Below, in pieces: positions 57,944 to 64,000 of a stretch of DNA of 64,000 nt. Each line of letters starts with the position of its first letter. Positions within the stretch are counted from its first letter, which is position 1. Below the pieces are notes generated by a model. That model saw nothing but the letters and a program-made list of their open reading frames with translations. It made no database searches and was not told the DNA's origin. The position numbers and the translations under genes are program-made. This DNA comes from an uncultured Fibrobacterota bacterium (GTDB taxonomy: Bacteria; Fibrobacterota; Chitinivibrionia; Chitinivibrionales; FEN-1185), in the NCBI GenBank assembly GCA_963729895.1, contig CAVSQB010000005.1:320001-384000 (forward strand), read 5' to 3'.

Positions 57944-59959
57944 ATGTTGAGAAAGATAGGCCTTGCATCGTTGGTGACGCTTCTGACGGTTTTCGGGTCG
58001 CAGGCGCTCACCATTTCCGGCTCGGTGACGGACGCTGCAGGTAACACGTCGGTGGTCGGCGCCATTGTTACGTTCCAGACCATCGGCGGGAACGTGTATT
58101 CGGATACCACCGTTGCGCTGGGCTCCTATCAACTCCCCACCGTGAGGACAGGCGCCTCCGGCGTCCTGACGGTCACGGCCGCCGGTTTTTTGCGGGACCA
58201 GCAGTTGCTGGAAGACTTGCCTAACAAAGACACGACAATCAACATTGCGCTTACACCGGCCGGGGTTGGCGCAGGCGTAAAGAAGATTCTTGGGACTGTA
58301 ACGGAAGCAGGCGGTACAAATGCGGTGGCGGGCGCCCGGCTTATTCTCTTGCTGCACGCCGGGATCACGACGGCAACGCCCGTTGACACGGTGCTATCGG
58401 CACATGACGGCACATACCAATTCGATTCGCTCGCTTCGGGCGTGTACGATATCGTTGTCACCAAGCCCGGGTTCCTCGATAACGCCTCCGCCACCTTTTT
58501 AAACCTGAACAACGTCGATTCCCTCGTGGCGGGCATACAGCTCACACCGGTCGGCAACAGGGTAGGCACGCTCACCGGCAAGGTGACCGCGACCGACACC
58601 ACAGTGCCGCTTGCAAACGCCGAAGTGCTGCTCACGCGGACCACGGTCGTTGGCGGCGGAGTGACAACCACCGACATCGATTCGGTACAAACAAATGCAA
58701 GCGGCGTGTACGCCATTTCGGGGGTGCCTGCCGCCGCCGGGTACAGCCTCACCGTATCGGCTGCGGGATACGTTCCTGCCGCATCTCCGGCGACGTTCAG
58801 TGTTGACTCGGCGGTTTCGCGCACCGAGAACTTCAGGCTTGCCGCCGTGGTGGTGCCGGCAGGTATTGTAAACGGCGCGGTCACCGACAGCGCGTCGCTT
58901 GCGGCAATCCAGGGTGCACTGGTGGTTCTTCGCAGGCTGCAGGCCGGCGTCGCATGGGTACCTACGGATTCGACCGTCACCGCGGCAAACGGGTCGTTCG
59001 CATTTACCGGTCTCAACGCGGGCACCTATTCTCTTGTGGTAAGCAAAGCAGGCTACACCACGTACACCTCGCCCGGCAACAGGTCCATAAACCTGATAAC
59101 CAATCCCGACACGGGCACGGTTGCGGTCGCCCTGGCGGCTATCCCCAAAGGCAACCTGCGCGTATTTGTTGAGGACAGCGTCAACGATGCGGTTTCCGGC
59201 GCATCGGTTTCCATGATCCAAAGGACGGCGGGCGGCCAGACGCCCCAGACATATAATGGAATTACGGCCGCGAACGGCTGGGCGGTGTTTAGCGCCATCG
59301 TAGCCGGCGCCTACGACATCACCGTTTCGAAAGCAGGATTTAACACCGTGACGCGCGCAAACCAGGCCGTAACGGCGTACGGCAGCGACACAACGAGGGT
59401 GACGCTGCAGGCGGCCACCGGCGCCACCAAGACCGTTACGGGAACGGTGAAGACGGCGGCGGGAGCGGGCATCGGCGGCAGCGTCGTGGTGCTCACCGCC
59501 CGGGAGGGCGGCGGCACGACCCTGGCGCTGATTGACACATGCGCAGGCGACGGATCGTACCGCATCACGGGAATTCCTGCCGGGTATGCAACGGCCGCCC
59601 TTGCGGCGACGAAAACGGGGTTCCAGACCGGGGATTCCACCGGGATTTCCATTGCCGGCGATTCCACCACCGTTGACATTATCCTGGTTCCGGTGATGGG
59701 AGTCAGGACGGCGGTGCCCGGCGCGGCGGCCCGGCTGAGCGTCACCCTGTCGCGGAAAGGCGTGGTGCTTACCGGCGTGAGAGCGGGAGAACCGGTAAAG
59801 GTCACCCTCTACTCCGTCAATGGACAAGTGGTAACGAACCTGGCGGTTTCGAGCGGCGCTTCAACGCTGTTGGTCCCCAAAACATGGTCGGACCAGATCA
59901 TGTTTCTCAAAGTGGAACAGGGCGCCGCCGTCATCGGCCGGATGGTGCCCGTCCGGTAA
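57944..59959 (+). CDS. Secreted protein of about six carboxypeptidase-regulatory-like Ig repeats with T9SS-like tail
   Basis: Signal peptide; G.VT...GA.V.L...G.Y....GF repeats; LYSVNGQVV tail. Confidence 0.82.
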   Translation: MLRKIGLASLVTLLTVFGSQALTISGSVTDAAGNTSVVGAIVTFQTIGGNVYSDTTVALGSYQLPTVRTGASGVLTVTAAGFLRDQQLLEDLPNKDTTINIALTPAGVGAGVKKILGTVTEAGGTNAVAGARLILLLHAGITTATPVDTVLSAHDGTYQFDSLASGVYDIVVTKPGFLDNASATFLNLNNVDSLVAGIQLTPVGNRVGTLTGKVTATDTTVPLANAEVLLTRTTVVGGGVTTTDIDSVQTNASGVYAISGVPAAAGYSLTVSAAGYVPAASPATFSVDSAVSRTENFRLAAVVVPAGIVNGAVTDSASLAAIQGALVVLRRLQAGVAWVPTDSTVTAANGSFAFTGLNAGTYSLVVSKAGYTTYTSPGNRSINLITNPDTGTVAVALAAIPKGNLRVFVEDSVNDAVSGASVSMIQRTAGGQTPQTYNGITAANGWAVFSAIVAGAYDITVSKAGFNTVTRANQAVTAYGSDTTRVTLQAATGATKTVTGTVKTAAGAGIGGSVVVLTAREGGGTTLALIDTCAGDGSYRITGIPAGYATAALAATKTGFQTGDSTGISIAGDSTTVDIILVPVMGVRTAVPGAAARLSVTLSRKGVVLTGVRAGEPVKVTLYSVNGQVVTNLAVSSGASTLLVPKTWSDQIMFLKVEQGAAVIGRMVPVR

Positions 59960-59982
59960 TCCGGGTTTTGGCGGCCGTGCGG

Positions 59983-61632
59983 TCAGGGGCAACCCTTCTT
60001 TTTCGCCTCCACCGCTTTTTTGATCCGGTTCACGTGGCCCCGGCCAAGCCCTTTTACCTCGCAGCCGAGTTCGAAATAACGCCGGATTTTTGCATCGTCG
60101 AGTATGGCAAAGCAGTCGATGATCGCCGCGGGCCTGCCGATTTTCTTTACCAGCGCGTCGGGATCGAGATCGAGGTATTGCTTGTGGCGGACGGCGAAAA
60201 TCACCGCGTCTGCGCCTTTGAGGGACGCATCAAGGTCCTGGGAAACGCGCAGCCGCGACAGCTTCTCTTGGCTGCGGAAGAAGCGCGCCCAGCTGTAGCC
60301 TTTTGACGGATACGTATCCTGCGCCTCGAATTCCCACCAGTGCGTCACATACGGATCGTGCACCCGGAGTTCGGCGCCCATTTCCGTAAGCTTGCGAACG
60401 ATGATTTCCGAGCCGCTGTAGCGCGTGTCGCCCACGTCCTCGCGGTAGGATGCGCCGAGCAGGAGCACCTCAGCGGCGGCAATGGACCTGTCGATATTGC
60501 GAAGCGCGTCGCGTGCAAGCTGGCCCACGCGCAGCGCGCGCGTGTCGTTGACGTTGATGGCCGTGGGAGTGATCTTGAAGATATTTTCCTCCCAGCCCAG
60601 AATATGCTTGTAGGCCCACATGCCGAGCCCGCCGTCTTTGGGCAGGCAGTAGCCGCCGATGCCCGGGCCTGGGAAAATCATGTTGGAATGCGTAGGCCGC
60701 ACTTTGATGGCATTGATCACCTTGAGAAGGTCGACCCCGTTCTGCTCCGCAAACTGGCTCCATTCGTCGAGAAACGCCAGGATGGTGGCGCGATAGCTGT
60801 TTTCCACGATTTTTGCGGTTTCGGATTCTATTGGTTTGTCAAGAACGGTGAGGGGAAAATCCTTGACGTTGATCACCTCGCTCAGAAACGTGACGACGCG
60901 GCGCCTGGATTCCTCGTTGACGCCGCTGCACACCCGCCAAAAATCGCGTATGCTGGCCACATAGTTCCTGCCGGGCATAACCCGCTCGTAACTGTGGGCA
61001 AGCACCGGTTCGCTCTCTATCCCCCGGTGCTCGAATACTTTTTTCATGATGGGATAGGCAACCTGCTCGGTTGTGCCGGGGGCTACCGTAGTCTCGATGA
61101 GCACCAGGGCGTCGGGACGGACGCGCTCGGCGATGGTGTGCATGGATTTTTCGAGGGCAGCCATGTCGGCGCGTCCGGTTGACAGGTCGCCCAGCGATTC
61201 CTTGAGGTAATCGCATTGGACGTCCACCACCACCACGTCGGCGAGCGAGAGGACGTCTTCGTTGTAGGTGGCAACCAGGGATTTCTTGTCGAGTACGCAG
61301 CGCCGTATTATCTGGTCCACCTCGGGATCTTCCGCCTTGACAGGAGACACGCCGCGGTTGAGCAACTGGGTCTTCCAGTAGCTCCTCGTGCTGGGCCGCT
61401 GCATGCCGATCACGAATTTCAACGGTTTGCCGGATGCGTCCCTGGTGTCGGCGACGATGGCGGCCATCACGGCGCCCACAAACCCGACGCCGACCACCAC
61501 CACGATTTCCCTGCCCATGCCGCGCTGCTCGTCGGCGCGTTGCTTGATTCTGGCGAATTCGGCCCCGTACGCTTCCTGCGCCGGAATCGGGAATTTTTCG
61601 CCGTCCGGGCTTATTGAGAATAGTTCCGCCAT
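59983..61632 (-). CDS. UDP-glucose/GDP-mannose dehydrogenase family protein
   Basis: GVGFVG, ETTVAPGTT, KIVEN, GPGIGGYCLPKD and YREDVGDTR.S motifs. Confidence 0.9.
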   Translation of the reverse strand: MAELFSISPDGEKFPIPAQEAYGAEFARIKQRADEQRGMGREIVVVVGVGFVGAVMAAIVADTRDASGKPLKFVIGMQRPSTRSYWKTQLLNRGVSPVKAEDPEVDQIIRRCVLDKKSLVATYNEDVLSLADVVVVDVQCDYLKESLGDLSTGRADMAALEKSMHTIAERVRPDALVLIETTVAPGTTEQVAYPIMKKVFEHRGIESEPVLAHSYERVMPGRNYVASIRDFWRVCSGVNEESRRRVVTFLSEVINVKDFPLTVLDKPIESETAKIVENSYRATILAFLDEWSQFAEQNGVDLLKVINAIKVRPTHSNMIFPGPGIGGYCLPKDGGLGMWAYKHILGWEENIFKITPTAINVNDTRALRVGQLARDALRNIDRSIAAAEVLLLGASYREDVGDTRYSGSEIIVRKLTEMGAELRVHDPYVTHWWEFEAQDTYPSKGYSWARFFRSQEKLSRLRVSQDLDASLKGADAVIFAVRHKQYLDLDPDALVKKIGRPAAIIDCFAILDDAKIRRYFELGCEVKGLGRGHVNRIKKAVEAKKKGCP

Positions 61633-62128
61633 CGATTGTCCTTTCGTCAAGACGAGATGTGGGGAGATTCGTACACAAACAATAAAACAAACCACCAATA
61701 TACTATCGCTGCGGCTATTTCATCCACAGTTTCGGCACAGGTTACGCGTGTCCGGGAATTGAAGATCCTGCAGCAACCTGCGAGGAAAAGGCTACTACCA
61801 TACCTTTATGAATGAAATGACAATCTTCAATCCCTATGGAAGACGACATATCAATAATCACTCCCTAAGCCCGAAGCCGCTTCAGGGTTAGCGCTCGCTT
61901 AAGGGATTCATCCGGTCCATAAAATAATCAGCATGCAGCATGCCAGAAAGTTCGCTGCACGGCTCCCCGATGGAGATTCGGCAGAATACTTTAGATTCCG
62001 CAGATTCCGTCATTTCGCGCTTTCTTTAAGGGCTTACACAGTTTTATTTTATAGCTCCGCTTCTCTGCTGCCTGAGAAGATGATGAGAAGCAACGTGCGC
62101 TGGGTCATATATAATTGGAGAAAGGCGG

Positions 62129-63136
62129 ATGATGGAACAGCTTGCGATTGGAATTGATCTCGGCGGCACCAACCTCAAGGGCATCATCATGAGCCGGGAC
62201 GGCGAGGGACGTCACCTCACGCGAGTTCCGACTGAGGCCAAGAAGGGCGGGCAAAAGGTTCTTGACAATATACTTACGCTTGTCGACAAACTAATCCAGC
62301 GGGAAGGATCCAAGGACAATATCATCGGCGTCGGCATCGGAACGCCGGGCTTTGTCGACCGTGACGGGACCATCAGCGGCGGGGCCGAAAACCTTCCCGG
62401 CTGGAAGGGAATGCAGATATACGAACCTATCCAGCAACGGTTCGGTCTTCCCGCAACGGCCGGAAACGACGTCACGGTTACCGCGCTGGCCGAATCGCGT
62501 TTCGGCGCGGGCAAGGGCGTCAAGAACATGGTGTGCCTCGCTCTCGGCACCGGAATCGGCGGCGGAATCGTGGTGAACGGCCAGCTTTACAAAGGCTCGC
62601 ACGGCATGGCGGGCGAGCTGGGGCATATCTGCGTGGAAACAAACGGACTTCAGTGCAATTGCGGACAAAAAGGATGCGTCGAACGGTATGCATCCGCCAC
62701 CGGCATCGTCAACATGGCGATACGCGTGTGCGAAGACCTTGATGTCAAGCAGCAGACCGCGTTCGCCCACGAGGTGCTGCGCAGGCCCCAGGGGCTTACC
62801 TCCAAGATCGTTTACGATTATGTCAAGAAAAACGATCCGGTCGCCTGCCGCGTGAACGAGCTGGTGTGCGAGAAGCTCGCCCGCGCCGTGGGCATCATCG
62901 TCAACGCCTTGTCGCCCGACCGCATCATCCTCGGCGGCGGGGTCATGATGGCGGGCCAGGTGATTATCGACACGGTGTCGCGGTACGCGCCCATGTTCTG
63001 CTGGCCCGAAGTATGGAAGAGGTGCGACATGGCCATCGCCCAGCTCGGCGAGAACGCGGGCGTTCTCGGGGCCGCGGGGCTCGTGTTCGAAGACTTTACA
63101 GACCAGAATCCTCTCGACAATTCCACGGCCGCGTAG
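62129..63136 (+). CDS. ROK-family sugar kinase (glucokinase-like)
   Basis: GIDLGGT, ND, GTGIGGG, GELGH and CNCG..GCVE motifs. Confidence 0.92.
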   Translation: MMEQLAIGIDLGGTNLKGIIMSRDGEGRHLTRVPTEAKKGGQKVLDNILTLVDKLIQREGSKDNIIGVGIGTPGFVDRDGTISGGAENLPGWKGMQIYEPIQQRFGLPATAGNDVTVTALAESRFGAGKGVKNMVCLALGTGIGGGIVVNGQLYKGSHGMAGELGHICVETNGLQCNCGQKGCVERYASATGIVNMAIRVCEDLDVKQQTAFAHEVLRRPQGLTSKIVYDYVKKNDPVACRVNELVCEKLARAVGIIVNALSPDRIILGGGVMMAGQVIIDTVSRYAPMFCWPEVWKRCDMAIAQLGENAGVLGAAGLVFEDFTDQNPLDNSTAA

Positions 63137-63169
63137 CCCCTCCGTCCGGGCGATGCGCCGGGAGCCTTC

Positions 63170-64000
63170 ATGGCCGACAGCACTGCCGAACAACTCTCCA
63201 AGCTCCGCGAGGCCGTTCGCCGGTACGATGCGGCCTACTACGGCCGCGGTGAATCGCTGGTTTCCGACAAGGAATACGACGATCTCACCGCGCGGCTTGT
63301 GCGGCTCGAACAGCAGTACCCCCGCCTTGTAACTCCCGATTCGCCGACCCGGCGCGTTGCGAGCGATCTCACCAAGACCTTTGCAAAAGTGCGTCATTCC
63401 GTGCCCATGATGAGCATCGACAACACCTATTCGGAGCCCGAAGTGCGCGAATGGATGGAACGGGTGCAGAAACTGCTTCCCGGCGAAAAGGTCTCTTTTG
63501 TGGGTGAGCTCAAGGTGGACGGCGTCGCATCGAGCCTGGTGTACGCGAAGGGCAGGCTGGCCTCGGGCGTCACGAGGGGCGACGGGGTTACTGGCGACGA
63601 CGTGACCGCCAACATCCGCACCGTGCGGTCGGTTCCGCTGTCGCTTTCGTCAAACGAATCACTTGAGGTCCGCGGCGAAGTGTACATGACCTTCGCGGCC
63701 TTCCGGTCGCTCAACGACTCCCTCGTTGAAAACGGCCAGCGGCCCATGCAGAACCCGCGCAATACCACGTCGGGCACGCTCAAGCTGCTCGATCCGAAGG
63801 AAGTTGCGCGGCGCAACCTCAGCTTCGCGGCCTACTTTCTGCTCTCAAAGTCCCACGGCGCAAGCCACCTCGAGAACCTCGCCGCGCTCGAATCGCTCGG
63901 GTTCCCGGTTGTCATCCACTCCGGCAGGCTGTTGGCGGCCGATGACGTAATCGCATTCCTGCGTGAATGGAACACGAAGCGCCGCGGCCTCGATTTTCCC
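63170..64000 (+). CDS. ligA: NAD-dependent DNA ligase (3' end runs off the window; absent from the ORF track)
   Basis: Translated by eye: MADSTAEQ..YDAAYY..SDKEYD, PMMSIDN, ELKVDG, TRGDG..G.DVT.N, EVRGEV, NPRN. Confidence 0.95.
   Translation, partial: MADSTAEQLSKLREAVRRYDAAYYGRGESLVSDKEYDDLTARLVRLEQQYPRLVTPDSPTRRVASDLTKTFAKVRHSVPMMSIDNTYSEPEVREWMERVQKLLPGEKVSFVGELKVDGVASSLVYAKGRLASGVTRGDGVTGDDVTANIRTVRSVPLSLSSNESLEVRGEVYMTFAAFRSLNDSLVENGQRPMQNPRNTTSGTLKLLDPKEVARRNLSFAAYFLLSKSHGASHLENLAALESLGFPVVIHSGRLLAADDVIAFLREWNTKRRGLDFP

Noticed and set aside
61860..61905. Hairpin in the intergenic region between the dehydrogenase and ROK genes
   Set aside because: A single imperfect stem with no second copy or recognisable RNA motif.

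Overview
A GC-rich bacterial chromosomal window. The secreted-protein tail style suggests the FCB group (Fibrobacterota/Chitinivibrionales-like), but this is inference only. Positions 1-10.7 kb hold a core block: rimP(partial)-nusA-infB-rbfA-DHH-truB-ribF-rpsO-pnp-dut. Positions 10.7-44 kb are a patchwork of accessory modules: a GH116-like and a beta-helix secreted glycan enzyme, a TolB-like/DUF6057 pair truncated by IS1182, a four-gene two-component/HD-GYP cluster, a PIN-domain gene, a nested IS5-in-IS5, msrAB plus peroxiredoxin, a C1 peptidase, Mut7-C, DUF1638 and lsrF-lsrE-aldolase/SDR. Positions 44-64 kb hold split-MetH genes, an Opp-type ABC operon, a lipoate ligase, two Ig-repeat secreted proteins, a nucleotide-sugar dehydrogenase, a ROK kinase and ligA (partial). 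The most unusual feature is non-coding: a modular intergenic element family at nine loci. It is built from left units (TGGATGGCTGAGCCGG), a central X motif (AACCGGG..GGTGCGCGCAAC) and inverted right units (CGCCGCACCGGCTCAGCAATCCA), with units often repeated at a 40-bp period. Four copies enclose a homologous structured sequence with compensatory base changes and Flavo-1-like ends. Same-subtype pairs bracket accessory gene modules, and one copy was hit by an IS5. No cognate mobilising enzyme is identifiable in the window.
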